DNA from: Octopus sinensis
Taxonomy: Eukaryota
DNA: 64,000 nucleotides
Assembly: GCF_006345805.1 (NCBI RefSeq)
Contig: NC_043011.1
Span: forward strand, 9,610,001-9,674,000
Direction of reading: 5' to 3'
Shown here piece by piece: positions 36,916 to 50,337 of the stretch. Every line of letters begins with the position of its first letter. Position 1 is the first letter of the stretch. The translations under genes were made by a program, and so were the position numbers. The notes under the pieces were generated by a model. That model was given only the letters and a program-made list of their open reading frames with translations, was not told the DNA's origin and did no database searches.

Positions 36916-37016
36916 TAAACTGGTACTTATTTTATTGACCTCAAAGAGAATGAATGGCAAAGTTGACCTCAGCAGAATTTGAACTCAGAACATGACAGAC
37001 AAATTGCTGTGAAGCA
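36916..37016 (-). mobile_element. SINE family A core fragment
   Basis: ctggtacttattttattgacc..gaatttgaactcagaac. Confidence 0.75.
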
Positions 37017-37490
37017 TATACATTGTTTTGGTATAAAAGATGGACTACAGCAAATATTCTGCTCAATACCACAGATTTGCTGGTCAGTTGTTTGGCTTTA
37101 ACCAGTTGAGCATGTCCCTTAGTGGCTGACGATATGTGCATCTCTGATCCAGAGTAGAAGTAGTGGGGACCATCATAGCTATGTGTTGAGAGGCATTCTT
37201 TGGAGTTTGAATAATTCACCTCTGGAAACATGGGTGTTTTGTTCATCATCCTTAAACAACCCTTATTCAGGGACCTTTTGAGTGGGATAGGCTACTTGAC
37301 CTGAAGAAAATTCTAACTGGGCCCCATCTGCAAAGTCATGTGCTGTTAATCTTGATATGAGGTCCCCATGTCGTGCACATATGGTTGTGATGCATGTGCC
37401 TGGTGTACCCTTAGCAGACAGGTAGTCGTGATGGGTATATTGGGCTTCGTATATTTGTATCCCAGTGCCACTTTGATGACATGGTACACT
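37017..37490 (-). mobile_element. Family B copy
   Basis: Colinear with 42608-43104. Confidence 0.9.
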
Positions 37491-37492
37491 AA

Positions 37493-37686
37493 AAAATCTG
37501 CCAACTTTGTGGGGAGGTGTGAGTCGATCACACTGACCCCACTGTTCAACTGGAACTTATTCTATTGCCCCTGAAGAATGATCGGCAAAGTCAATCTCAG
37601 CGGAATTTGAACTCAGAACGTGTAGACAGGACAAAATTCCACTAAACATTTTATCCAGCGTGCTAGCGGTTCTACCATTCACCACC
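37493..37686 (-). mobile_element. SINE family A
   Basis: Core and head. Confidence 0.8.
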
Positions 37687-37689
37687 TTT

Positions 37690-37740
<51 letters not shown>

Positions 37741-38021
37741 ATAATGGCTACTCCATTAGTTTTGATGGTGAGCATTCAGAGATGTCTGAGGAATTATTTT
37801 GTTAAGTTAATAAGTGGCTGAGTATTCAACAAAGATGTGTCCCTTTAAGGTAATCCTCAGTCAGAATCGCTGCGACTCAGCGACACAACCTTTGAATTCC
37901 TGCTGTCATCCAATTACAAGACTTCATGCAGCTTTTGTTGACTTTATTTCACCGAGAATGTTTTATTTCACTTGAAAGTATTGTAAAGACACTTGCCTAT
38001 GATGTTAAATTGTTAAATTGC

Positions 38022-38216
38022 TTAAATTGCTTGGGGTTTGGTCCGGACCTCCAGGTGGACAAGAAATGTGGGGAGGTGATGTGCAAAGTAGTCAATCTCA
38101 CACAGAAATGGGCAGAGAGGAAGCTGTTCCTGAAAACTCAGGTGGAGGTGGTGAATGCATACATCGCTTCCATCATCTATTACCACCTGACTGTCATCCC
38201 TTGCCCTGCTTCATGG
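38022..38216 (+). mobile_element. Tx1/L1-clade fragment, inverted duplicate of 40740-40934
   Basis: About 5 differences in 195 bp. Confidence 0.9.
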
Positions 38217-38219
38217 AAC

Positions 38220-38250
<31 letters not shown>

Positions 38251-38255
<5 letters not shown>

Positions 38256-38430
38256 TTGTCCCCCTACCATCGCTTGACAACCGATGTTGGTGTGTTTAAA
38301 TCCCTATAACTTAGTGGATTGGCAAAAGACACCGATAGAATAAGTCTTGGGGTCAATTTGTTTGACTAAAGGTGGTGCTCCAGCATGGCCGCAGTCAAAT
38401 GATTGAAACAAGTAAAAGAGTAAAAGAATA
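38251..38430 (+). mobile_element. SINE family D, 3' half
   Basis: ggtgctccagcatggccgcagtcaaatgattgaaacaagtaaaagag. Confidence 0.85.
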
Positions 38431-38564
38431 TTAACAAAATTAAAAAGAATAACACCAGAGGACACAGCAAGATAGTGGGAAGTTCCAGGATAAAATTGGG
38501 TGGGAATATTGGAATAAAAGTATTTGACAAAATGCTAGAACACAATTAATCATAAGCAGTGTGT

Positions 38565-38599
<35 letters not shown>

Positions 38600-38603
<4 letters not shown>

Positions 38604-39300
38604 TAACTCTGCAAGAGTGGTCCATCTTAACTGGCAGGGCACATACCAACACATTGAGGTAGCAAGTATTTGGAAAGCTATTGGGATTGAAAAGGTCCTT
38701 AATTTCTGGTTACCATGGATATATGAAGTGGTAAACAAACCAGAATCAACACGAGACTGGCTGCTGAAGAGGGAAATCAACGTTAATTCCCCCAAAATAA
38801 CAGTATCAAAGAAAGCCCCTATAATTCCAGGCCTAGAACTGATTTGTCAGCATCCACACAAGAGTATAGTTACACATGTGAAGGGCAATATTATGTTAGC
38901 AGAGGAAGAGAGAGGATGCTGCAAAAGAATGAATGTTTCCATAGCCACCAGACAGAGGATCTCTGGTTCCCCATTCAAAGGAGAAACAGTGATCCTGATG
39001 TCAGGCTCGGCTGATAGCAACAATGGCTCCAGCAATTCTTGGACACTGGGCAGTTTCACTGTTGAGCACACATTTCAAACAGGCTGAAGAATTTATCTGA
39101 AACTAGCAGAACCCACTGATAGCACCACCAGATATTTATGGAAGTTGTCCAAAGTCTCCGGGTTGAAAGTCTTCCGTTCATGGTATTGAACTTTAATGGA
39201 GCCCAGAATCTCCCTTAGTCTGTAATAGTTGATGGGCCACCAATCTTGTTGCTTGGCTGGCAGAGAACTGTGAGCACCTGGCAACAGGTACGCAACCTTA
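38600..39300 (-). mobile_element. Heavily degraded Tx1/L1-like ORF2 remnant (endonuclease-RT linker)
   Basis: Frameshifted KFNT..ERKDFQ..LVGAISG resembles Tx1 YWKFNTSLL..RDF..LVGAVTG. Confidence 0.35.
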
Positions 39301-39720
39301 GTTTTCCTTTGACCTAAGGACTACAGTTCTGTCAAAGAGACAAATAGCAGCAGATCTTCTCATCAACACTCTGTTGGTGTTGTAGTGTCAGTACATGTCC
39401 ATATACCACCAACCATGGCAGGCTGTGGTCTCCACACAGAGAGGACTATCTGGACAGTGGAATATCTTCCATCTACTGGAAGTAAAATAGTAGATACTCC
39501 AGCTTGGGCTTAGAAAATGGTCAAGTAGTAATAAATGACAGAAGCTATATAAATTATTTCGCACTATTGCCTGTCCTTACTCAAATATTTGGGTATAAAT
39601 GGGCTTCATATATTTGTACCCCAGTATTATTTTTATGACATGCATTGTTCTCAATACTCAGCAAGAAATGGAAACAGAATTGAAAGATAATAATGAAAAA
39701 TTTTAATAATAATAATATTA

Positions 39721-41400
39721 CTTTTTTTTTTATTGACCATGAGAGCCAAACACAAAACAAAGAGGAACAATACAATACAAGGGACAAATGGGATGTTGAA
39801 CAATGCAGCGTATACAATAAGTAACAAAACAATTTAACAATAAAAATTCCCCATAAGTAGGGAGTTCCTCATAAGCACAACTGCAGAACCCTACTCAACC
39901 TTGTTGTCCCGACCACCAGGTGCACCTCAGCAGGCATCTCTCCTCTCCTTCACAACTCCTGTTTACAAACAGAAGTTCAGGGTAGGCCCATTCACACAGA
40001 CCAGTCTTGTCACATACATCGACCATTCAACAGACTTACACCGGGGGGGGGGGGGGTTAGAACTTCCATTCTCTACTCTCACTTTCCTTTGGATCCACCC
40101 TACATGTGTTAACAGCTGTTTGACAAAGCTTCACAAGTAGTAATGCACAGACACTGGATGAGTGTATGTGGGATGGTTTCATTGTCCTGCGCACACCTCG
40201 GACAGGTACATCTGACAGCACTTCCATCTCTGTAGAGCCTGTCTTGAATTGGCAGAGCTTCCAGGCAGCACTGCCAAGCCAAGGATTTCTGGAAGTTATC
40301 CACAGGCCCTGGCCCCAAAGTTAAATGATCCCTCCCAATGTCCAGAGTTTCCCCAAGGATGTCATCATTTTTGCCTAACACTGATCCCCTATAAGACTCC
40401 ATAATGGAACTTCCACTGACCATGTTGCCCAACTGGCAGAAAGCTGTGAGCCCTTGCCGACACTCCAGGTGCCAAGCGCCCTTTCTTGGTCTATGTTTGA
40501 TCCAGGACTGTAACTCCGTCAATGAGATGAGATGTGGAAAATCCTGCTTGACAAACAGCAACCGCACCCGTTCACCATTAAGAAAATGCTGGAGATGTTG
40601 CAGCCTCAGTGTGTGCCTGTGCATCATTAGCCATGGCCAGTCCTGCATGCAGCAGTTGTTGACAGCAGATGGATCATCTGATGAATGGAATGCATCCCTT
40701 CCACACAAAGCAGAAAAGTAAGCACTCTAGCTTGGTCAGCCATGAAGCCGGGCAAGGGATGACAGTCAGGTGGTAATAGATGATGGAAGCGATGTATGCA
40801 TTCACCACCTCCACCTGAGTTTTCAGGAACAGCTTCCTCTCTGCTCATTTCTGTGTGAGATTGACTACTTTGCACATCACCTCCCCACATTTCTTGTCCC
40901 CCTGGAGGTCCAGACCAAACCCCAAACAATTTAACTGGTTCTTCTGTCCAGCACCCTATAACACTGTTGGTTGTTATGGGCCTGTCTCTCCAGGTGCCGA
41001 GCTGCTGGCCCCCACAACTTTTCCTGATTAATTTTTGCTCCTGTCACTGCTTTGGACTCCCTTAAGGTAGGGCCAATCACTTGCTTTCTTAGCTGTCCAA
41101 CACTATTACAGTGACGTCTTCCCCATAAGCCAACACAAACCCTCCTTGCAGGATGCCCCTCAAAATATCCAACTTCCTCAGTAATGACTCGAGAGCCAGC
41201 ATGTACAGAAGGGGTGAGAGTGGGCATGCTTGATGGACCAAGAGAGCAATGCTAAATGATTCCAATAATTGGTTGTTTACTTTGACCCCCAAACAGATGC
41301 TGTTATACATGGCAGTGATCCAGACCCTGAAAACAGGAGCAAAGCCAGCTGCCGGGAGGACAGCCACCAGGTATTGATGGTCATCCTGGTCAAAAGCTTT
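39721..41400 (-). mobile_element. Tx1/L1-clade LINE 3' part (RT, zf-RVT, 3' UTR, AATAAA/poly-A)
   Basis: KAFDQDDHQYL, QACPLSPLLY, AYGEDVTV (YADD-like), SLAWQCCLEALPIQDRL..CPRC..ETIPHTLIQC; T-run at 39721-39733. Confidence 0.9.
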
Positions 41401-41449
41401 TGGTTGATGATGATGATGGAGGAGGAGGAGGAGGTGGAAAAGAAGAAGG

Positions 41450-42565
41450 AAGGAAGGAGTGCTGTAGGAGAATAAGACTTCTACTAAAGATTGGACTCAA
41501 GTCTCAAAATCGCATTGAAGCCATTAACACCCTGGCACTTCCAGGAGTCCAGTACAGTTTCAATATCGTTAACTGGAATCCTACACAACTCTCACTCGTG
41601 GACAAGAAGGTAAGGAAATTATTGACAACTATGAATATGCACCACCCTTGGGCAGACGTTGACTGTCTGGATGTACCTAGATGTAGTGGAGAAGTAGAAT
41701 GGACAATATATTCTCCAAGGTCAAAATGTTGATGTAGATCAAACAACAGCCCATGAATAGCTGATGAGTTCAGGATTAGAAACAGACTGAAGCATTGATA
41801 CTGGTAGAACAAGATCAGAAATTACCAGGCTAATGTTCTTCAAAATGGTGCTGACCCAAAATGCAGATTCTGTGACACATTTGGCAAAACAATAAACCAT
41901 CCTGTTTCAGGCTGTCTGTACTAACACTAAATGAATACAAAAATCACCACAATAGGGTTGGGCAGTATTTATATTGGAAAAAGTGCAAGCTCTACATAAT
42001 CAACTCTCCTGCTAATTGGTATGAACACCATCCAGAGCCAGTGGTTGAAGTTAAAAATGTCACCATCCTCGGAGATTTCCCAGTCAACACTGACAAAACA
42101 ACCCAGGCTAATCGACCAGAAATAATTATCAAAGACAGGGAAGAAAATACGTGTAGGCTAATAGATGTAAGTGTTTCCATCTGCAAAAGAATTTGGTAAG
42201 CTTAGTAAATAAAAGGACCTGGAAAGTGAAATACTAAAGTTGTGGAATCTTCAAGCAAAAACTGTCCCTGTTATTGTAAGTGCCCCAGGTATGATGAAAA
42301 AAAGGGATGTCAGAAACATCTAGACAACATCTCAGGAGAACCATTTCTCATCAAAGAAATCCAAAAGATTATGCTGACAAGTACTGCCCACATCCTTAGA
42401 AAAACCCTAACAATTTAAATGTTTGTGTTGTGTTACATGAATGCATTTCCCTTCATCCCCTTCCCAAGTTTTTGGTCATATTTCAACATCACTTAACCTT
42501 CCCTTGCCCTAGGGCACTGGGTGTGTCCCAGGAATTGACCATATCAATCATGTAGGTTAAAAGAA
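41450..42565 (+). mobile_element. R4/Dong-clade LINE 3' part with an internal deletion, ending in (AAT)n
   Basis: NRIEAINTLALP..YSFNIVNW, MHHPWADV, CRFC..INH..SGC knuckle, ANRPEIIIKD RLE; AAT run 42570-42607. Confidence 0.88.
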
Positions 42566-42572
42566 AAATTAA

Positions 42573-42607
<35 letters not shown>

Positions 42608-43104
42608 GTGTTATCATGTACATTGTTTTGTCTTGGTATAAAAGATGGGCTACAGCAAATATTCTGCTCAATACCACAGATTTGCTTGTCAGTTGTTTGA
42701 CCTTAACCAGTTGAGCATGTCCCTTAGTGGCTGACGATATGTGCATCTCTGATCACGAGCAGAAGTAGTGGGGGAGCATCATAGCCATGTGTTGAGAGGG
42801 ATTCTTTGGGGTTTGAATAATTCACCTCTGGAAACATGGGTGGTTCTTTCAACATCCTTAAACAACCCTTATTCAGGGACCTTTTGAGCGGGATGGGCTA
42901 CTCAACCAGAAGAAAATTCTAACTGGTCCCCACCTGCAAGGTCATGTGCTGTTTATCTTGATATGAGATCACCATGTCGCGCACATATGGTTGTGATGCA
43001 TGTGCCTGGTGTACCCTTATCAGATGGGTAGTCATGATGGGTATATTGGGCTTCGTATATTTTACCCCAGTGTCACTTTGATGGCATGCACTGCTCTCTC
43101 ACTC
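42608..43104 (-). mobile_element. Family B, full-length well-preserved copy
   Basis: AAT on both sides; matches 27657-28119. Confidence 0.92.
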
Positions 43105-43135
43105 AATAATAATAATAATAAAAAATAATAATAAT

Positions 43136-43338
43136 GGTTTCAAATTTTGGCACAAGGCCAACAATTTTATGGGAGAAGAAAGTTGATCACATAGACCCCC
43201 AGTACGTAACTGGTAATTATTTTATTGACCCTAAAAGGGTGAGAAGCAAAGTTGGCTTCAGTGGAATTTGAACTCAGAACATAAACATGAATGCAAGTGC
43301 TTCATCTGGTAGTCTAATGATTCTGCCAACTTGCTGTC
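43136..43338 (-). mobile_element. SINE family A
   Basis: Core and ends. Confidence 0.8.
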
Positions 43339-43340
43339 AT

Positions 43341-43855
43341 AATAATATGTAGAAAGCCAGGATTTGACCATACTGATTAATGGTATGAACACGAACTTAG
43401 TAAAATACTAGAAAGGAAGAAATATAAGATGTTGTGGGACTTTAACATTCAGACGGACAGCGTAATAGAAGGTAAAAGACCTGATTTAGTAGGAGTCGAC
43501 CAAGAGGACTGAAAGTGTTAGATGAGCAGAAAGTGAAGAGGAGGGATATAGAGAAGGTAGCAAAGTATCAGGACCTAACCATTGAGTTACAGAGACTATG
43601 GAAAGTGCAGGTAAAATATATCCCTGTAGTTACAGGTGCATTAGGAACTATCCCTGAAGATTTGAATAGACGGATAGAGGATATAGGCACAAAACCTAGT
43701 TCAGCTCTGCTCCAGGAAACAGTATTATTAGAAACAAGTTGGAAATTTAGGAAATGTTCTTTGCATCTAAGGTTACTTGTTCTAGCCTGATGGTAGGAAT
43801 TTCTCTTTTGCAACAGCTTAGAAGCTGTTGTGTGTATATAAAAGAATAACAATGA
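43341..43855 (+). mobile_element. R4/Dong-clade RLE domain fragment (distinct subfamily)
   Basis: WYEHE..MLWDFNIQTD..KRPDLV; EKVAKYQDLTIELQRLWKVQVKYIPVVTGALGTIP. Confidence 0.85.
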
Positions 43856-43988
43856 AGGGAATGATAAGCTTGGGATTGGAAGAGACTTGTTGATGTTGTT
43901 GTTGTTATTTTGGTTGTGATAATAATGAAATAACAATAACAACAACAACAACAATAATAATAATAATAATAATAATAACAACAACAAT

Positions 43989-44108
43989 GGTTTCAAAGTT
44001 TGGAACAAGACCAGCAATGTTAGGGGAGGGGGTCAGTTGATGTCATCAACTCTAGGACTTCACCAGTACTTATTGCAATGACCCCAAAGGGATAAAAGAT
44101 AAAGTTGA
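43989..44108 (-). mobile_element. SINE family A 3' half
   Basis: ggtttcaaagtttggaacaagacc..ccagtacttat. Confidence 0.65.
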
Positions 44109-45149
44109 GAAGTGGTGGTAAAGCTGAATATAAAATTAAATTATGGACATTTTAACTCCACAAAATTCTAAACAAATCCTATTCACCATTTCACATTCCC
44201 TTTTGATGCTGGTCTGGGCTAAACCCATGTGCCATACTTTAAATCTGTTCCAATGTCAGAGGTCACACAAGATAAACCTGAATGTTTTCTTTATGTTTGT
44301 GTTGGACTCCTGACAATGAAGAAGAGTCAACAGAGTCTATTACTAAGTTTTTCCCCACTTGTTCATGATTATTTTTCTTCACTTGGATTGTTAATTAGCT
44401 TTTAATTATAATTATCTCTTTAGCATTCAGATTACTCTGTCAAGCATTGTGCTTATTAATTCACCTTGTTTTGAATTAATAATGCACTATCTCACAGCTT
44501 CAAGATTTTAATAATGGGGATATTTATTCTTAGAATGACAGTGTAGGGTAGGTGTGAGAGGCCAGATGTTGCCACTTTGAACATAAAACAAGGAGAATAT
44601 TTGGGCTGGATTTGGCCAGTTCAAATGCTAAAGGTGACAATTTTAATTTAATTTGTCTAAAATATGCCGGAAATGAGTTGTTATTAATAAGCTTATAAAT
44701 TACTATTGTATAGTTACAGTGGATATATATATACATATATACATATATATATATACATATAGTTCCCACACACACAGTAATGATGAGATTAATAACCTGG
44801 AAAATAATTTTTTTAATTTAGCCATCACTTTTAGGATATGAAGCATCAAGCTACTGAGAGAAAGGAGACACAAAATAATAGCCAGTGTTAGAATAGATTG
44901 ATATAATCATCATCATCATCATCATCATTGTTTAACATCTGCCGTGTGTGTTGTGAATAACAGAGTAGTGGACAACCAACTGAAATTGCACAGGTCTGCA
45001 TCTTGCAACCATGGCTACAGTGTAAACATGCCCTGACCGCCTAGCTGTAAATAGGTAGCACCATGTCAGAATAATTGACCAGTGCAAGTGGTAGTAGCAC
45101 TACAGACCCAACAAGTGCCTTATTAACTTGACTCAACAATTTTGAGTTG

Positions 45150-45720
45150 ATGAAGAGAGCTGGATGCTCTTCCTGTGGACTGAGGTGGAGATGGGACGTG
45201 ATTAGCTTGTCGAGAAGAGCAGAATGAGAGAGCGTACATAGGAGAGTAGTGGTTGTAGTGTGTTGGAAAGTGAATCTTTGTTAGTTGATAAAAATGAACC
45301 TTTTTTAATGGGTGTAGGGCAAGGTTAGTTTGCGAATGGAGCTACAGTACCATCTCAAGTACATGACCATAGTTCTAATGAAGGTCTCAAATGTGTTTTA
45401 TAGATGGTCGACAAAGATCGAGCATGAAGTAGTTTTAGAAACACAAGCCTCGTATTTTAGAGATAGAGTGTGTGAATGCGAACATGTGTGGACACCATGA
45501 AAGGCCCTCAGTGGTTATAAGGTCTCTCTTTTAGAGAACCTTTGAGGTGTTTAGCTGTGTCATTCACAATTAATTGGAAGGTGCAGATAATATGGATTCC
45601 TCAATATGTAACACATATGATTCAAAAGACAATGTTGATGGTGTCACCAACATGGATGGGTGGATGTACATGTGGGCTGACTTTAAACAATTTTATCTCA
45701 AATAACAAAACAGCAACATC
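45150..45720 (-). mobile_element. CR1/Zenon-like LINE remnant (post-RT region)
   Basis: IYKTHLRPSLE.W resembles CR1-group LYKAQIRPxLEYCSHIW. Confidence 0.55.
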
Positions 45721-45744
45721 ATGTCCCTCCATGTTGTATGGATG

Positions 45745-45860
45745 GGGAGAGAGAGGGTTGGTGGTAGGAAGGGCATCTGGCTGTGAAACACTCACTTGCA
45801 AAAACACAGCCAATTTAAGGCAACTTGGAAAGGTGCTTGATGACGATGATGATGATGATC
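45745..45860 (+). mobile_element. RTE-type 3' UTR fragment with (GAT)n tail
   Basis: ggttggtggtaggaagggcatctggctgt..gatgatgatgat. Confidence 0.6.
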
Positions 45861-46474
45861 CCCTCATGTGATATAAATAGTAAGACACATACACACAACC
45901 CCCCCCCCCAGCAAAAGTGTCTATCAACAATTGTGCCATGGATACTGGAAAATCTAATAATAATAATATTAGTAGTAGTAGTATAAGTTAAAAGCTGTGT
46001 TTACTATGAAAGACCTGATCACTTTCAATATGTCATCAGAGTCAGCTATTGGATAAGCTCAGAGGTTATTTTTGATTAGGAGAAGGTCATAGTGAAGAGG
46101 CCGGAGATTATACCAACGTGAAGAGGAGGAACCATGCTACACAACCACAGCAGTTCCTTTCATAGTAGAGCAAATCAATACAAGTAGATTCCAGATTTTA
46201 TTCCCATGTTACAACTATTGGCAGCCGTGGTGGTGGTGGTGGTGGTGGTGGTGGTGGTAGTGGTGTAACATTGTTGCTGTAATGATTGACCAAGTTCAGG
46301 CTCTTGGGCCTGCTCCATGCTGGTCTGTCACATGGTGCACACTTCCTAAACAAACTCTCATCATGTCAGCTAAATAAACACAACAGTGAAAATAATAACA
46401 TCTCAGTAAATATATTAATTTATATGCTTGCAATCATATTTACAACATTATTTATAATAATATTAATAATTGCT

Positions 46475-46520
<46 letters not shown>

Positions 46521-46634
46521 CACCACCACCACTGCCACCACCACCACAGTATTAATTTTTCTTTGTAGCAACAACAAAAACAAGAGTGTGATAAAAGTGC
46601 AATGTAATGCCAAGACAAATATATTATAGTGTAC

Positions 46635-46667
<33 letters not shown>

Positions 46668-47148
46668 CCCCCACACACACACACCCATATAGGAAGGGAA
46701 AGAGATAGAAGTATTCTATATTCTTGTGGCAGCAGAGCCTGCAAATATATTATGATGTTGTGTATGTGTTCAAGGAAAAGATAGTTCTCAATACATGGTG
46801 TAGAGTTTGTTCATACATTTAAACACACACACACACACATGTGATGAGAGAGACAAGATAGAGGAATGCAAGGCCATTTCACTTATGTATTTCATCCAGC
46901 TTTTACAGTAGCTTTTATTATTCCCAAAGTCTACAACTCAAAATTGTGAACACACACAAGTGTATGTGTGTGTGTGTGTCTGTGTGTGTGTGTGTGTGTG
47001 TGTGCGTGTGTGTGTGTGTGTGTGCATATATATATATAGATACATGTGTGTGTGTCTTGATAATAAACAGAGACATAATTATTAGTAAAATTTTATTCAT
47101 TCTGTAAAACAACTTTTGTCTCATATAGACAGACATACAGAAAGGCCT

Positions 47149-47180
<32 letters not shown>

Positions 47181-47946
47181 ATGTGCATGGACACACGACA
47201 TGCACTTGCATGTAAATATAAGCACGTTACATTTTTATATATTTGCATTATAATATTATATACATGGAGAAAGAGAAAGAGAGAGAGAGAGTATACATAA
47301 TTTACATGAATTATATTAGAAATATTCTGTGTGTGTGTAATAACTATGCAATCATGTATACACACAACACACACACACAGTTCTCCTTAGAGAGATAAAA
47401 GATAAACGTGTGCACTTATATGTATATATACATACACCAATAAACATGCATAAAAATGTTTGTTTTGTGTTGTTTTAATGAATTAGGTGAATAAATGGAG
47501 TGGCGGGTGGGGGGTTAAAATAAACGGGGTGGTGGGGGTTAAAATGGTTTTAGGAAACAAAATTATGATAAGCAAATCCTCAAAGAATACTTTGAAAATT
47601 TCATATAAGGGATATATTAATAACAATAATAATAATAAAAGATAATAAAGATAGTGATAATGGTGATAATGAAAACAATAAGAATAGTAGCAACAAGAAT
47701 ACTTAGCAAAGATGAATGTAAAAAGATGCAAGCTATAATTACGCACAGTAAACTATTCTAGAAATATTTTCTATATACATTTTTGTTCTATGTTCATATT
47801 AAGGATTCTACATACATGTCATCTATCGTTTTGTCAGTGATGTCTTGTTTTCACATAGCAGTATCTTTGTAAAATAATGTTTAAAGATAACAATATTTAT
47901 TATTTTGCACCTGAAAGGAAATGAATTTAAGAAACAGTAATAGTAA

Positions 47947-48349
47947 TTAGGTAAGGTAAATGCTGGTGACGACTACCTGTATTTTTCTGTCATCACCATC
48001 ATTATCATCATCATCATCATCATCGTTGACATCATCCTCTTTGCAACCATCTTCCTCTTTGTTGTCTGTGCCATTGTTTTTTGCAGTTTTCCTCAGTTCC
48101 AGCTGGTGGTTTTTGTAGTTGATGCGATAGTCCTGAAATTTGGCAATCCAAAGCAGAGCGCAGAGTCTGACCATGGCTCGTTCATGTCGGCCACTTAGGT
48201 AGGAATCAACAACGTTAGACGATTGCGAACTCATAACTGACAACGGTTTTCTCTTCTTCTTCTTCTTCTCACTGTTCTTAGATGTTGCACATTTAGAAGA
48301 AAACCTTTTGTAAATAACCATGACAAAGAATTCTAAGAGCAGAGATTCC
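47947..48349 (-). CDS. Candidate coding exon of an unidentified host gene (Lys-rich NLS-like stretch, acidic D/E tract)
   Basis: 124-aa non-repeat ORF 48321-47947, CpG-retaining; long pyrimidine tract and AG at 48350-48351; possible CAG/gtagtc donor after 47977. Confidence 0.4.
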
Positions 48350-48654
48350 CTACCATAACAAAGGACAGAATGGAGGGGGAAAGAAGGGAGGGAAGGAATT
48401 AAATAAATAGATTCTGGCTACTCTCCCACACTGTTTACTTTGAGATGATGGCTTCACTGAAGTCTTCTCATAACATTAATTGTCCAAGGAATTAGACTTT
48501 ATTGAGCATAAATTCCTGGTTTACGGCGCTACAGTAAAAGACAACTATGTAATAATCAACAAGTAAATGGATAAGAGGAAGAAATTACACGAAAAGGGAA
48601 GAAATATAAAGTGAGAGTGAGTCGAGAGCGTAGTGGTGCTTGCCAGATGATGCC

Positions 48655-48686
<32 letters not shown>

Positions 48687-49699
48687 CTTCTCTGGTGTTT
48701 CGTGCAGTTTTATAGATTGGTGAATGGAGATGACAACCAACTCCACAGCTTTAACTTTCCTCTCGTGTGATGCTAGTTTATTTATTTATTTATTCTTGGT
48801 GTTGTTTCTTCAAATCAAAAATACTAATGCCGTCATAAAACTACATCGATAACTGAACTAAGAAATGAAATCAATTCTTTAGAAAGCAGACATTTCCTCT
48901 CCAATTTGGTTGGCAGAAGTGAATGGTATCAAAGTTAGAATATCAAGGATATTGCCAATAATTTTGAAATGGAAAAAATAAATAAACGTAAACAACTTTA
49001 TTTTAAAGTTGGGAACAACTTAGAATTCTTCATATTGAGAGAAAAAAAATTGATAAAATAAACATAAAAACTGGAGTGAAAAATTGAAAACAGAAAATTA
49101 ACAAATAATCTAATTAAAAAAAATTGTAATTAACAAATTTACTTTCTGAAAGTGTGGCTTATCTTATTTGATTTTATTCACTTCTTGAAAACACAACTGC
49201 TAGGCATAACCAGAAGCCACAGTAAGAGAGGTGGTTCCATCAATTGCAGATATTTTGGTGAAATGGATAGAGAGACAAATAGAGAAAGGATGGAGGAATG
49301 AAGAAAATATAAATCCATCAGAACAACAACAACTATTTAGAGAGATGTGTAAGAGTTATTAAAGACATAAATTGATAGAATTGATTTTGGAAATAAAATA
49401 TGCATACTAATTAGCATCAAAATAAATTAGAAAAAAAATGAATGAAAATGTCATTGAGAGAGGAATGGTACATGTGTGTGTGTGTGTGTGCAAAAGAAAA
49501 GAGTAGAGAAAATTCAAATATTTGGTGGTGGGGATGGAAAAAAATTAGAGAAGGAAAAGTAATTTTTGTGATATTTTTGAAATTTTACACTAAATATTTC
49601 ATTCTTATTCCCCTCTTCCTTTCCTCACCAAAACATCATTAATTATTATAAATATAGAATTGGTCCCTTTTCCCCTAATTTTACTCCATTACATGATAC

Positions 49700-49995
49700 A
49701 GAATGAGAAACAACAGGGACATCTGCCACTGTCACATTGGTGAAGGTTTGGAAAGTAAATTCTTTAAGTTTGGAAGTCAGCACACCTCAATGATGTTGTC
49801 ATGGTTTCTTGGTCATTCTCTTCGAGTCTCAGCAGTTCTACCATTTCTTTCACTTTCTCTCTTTCCATCAGGATATTCTCCAGTTCTTCCTTTTTCTTTT
49901 ATCTCGCATACAAACAAATACCATTTCCACCACCCTCACTACACACACAACCACCACAACTATACATATAGACACTGTAGACTCAACTACTATAC
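49700..49995 (+). mobile_element. Possible CR1/Zenon 3' remnant
   Basis: GHSLRVSAVLPF..HPHYT..RHCRLNYY resembles CR1-group LQPLSHRRxV..HxYTV..CRTNxY. Confidence 0.3.
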
Positions 49996-50337
49996 CACCA
50001 CCACCACCACCACCACCACTTTTAATTCTTAATCCACTGCCGTCGTCAACAGCTTTGATAATTTCAATTTGGTAACATTACAGCTGTAAATTTCTGCATT
50101 GCTTAGCAGTTTGCATTCTTTCCCCCACATTAACTACTGCAGTGGCTGAGAGAGAGAGAGAGAGAGGATGAAGAGAGAGAAGCAGAAAAAGAGAGAGAGA
50201 GAGAGAGAGAATGAAGAGAGAAAAGCAGAAAGAGAGAGAGAGGACTGCAGCAGCAATAGTTGTCATCTTTTCACATCGTGTTAATAACATCTCTCGATGA
50301 CAGTTACTTTACTGACAACATGCATTTATCAGCATCT

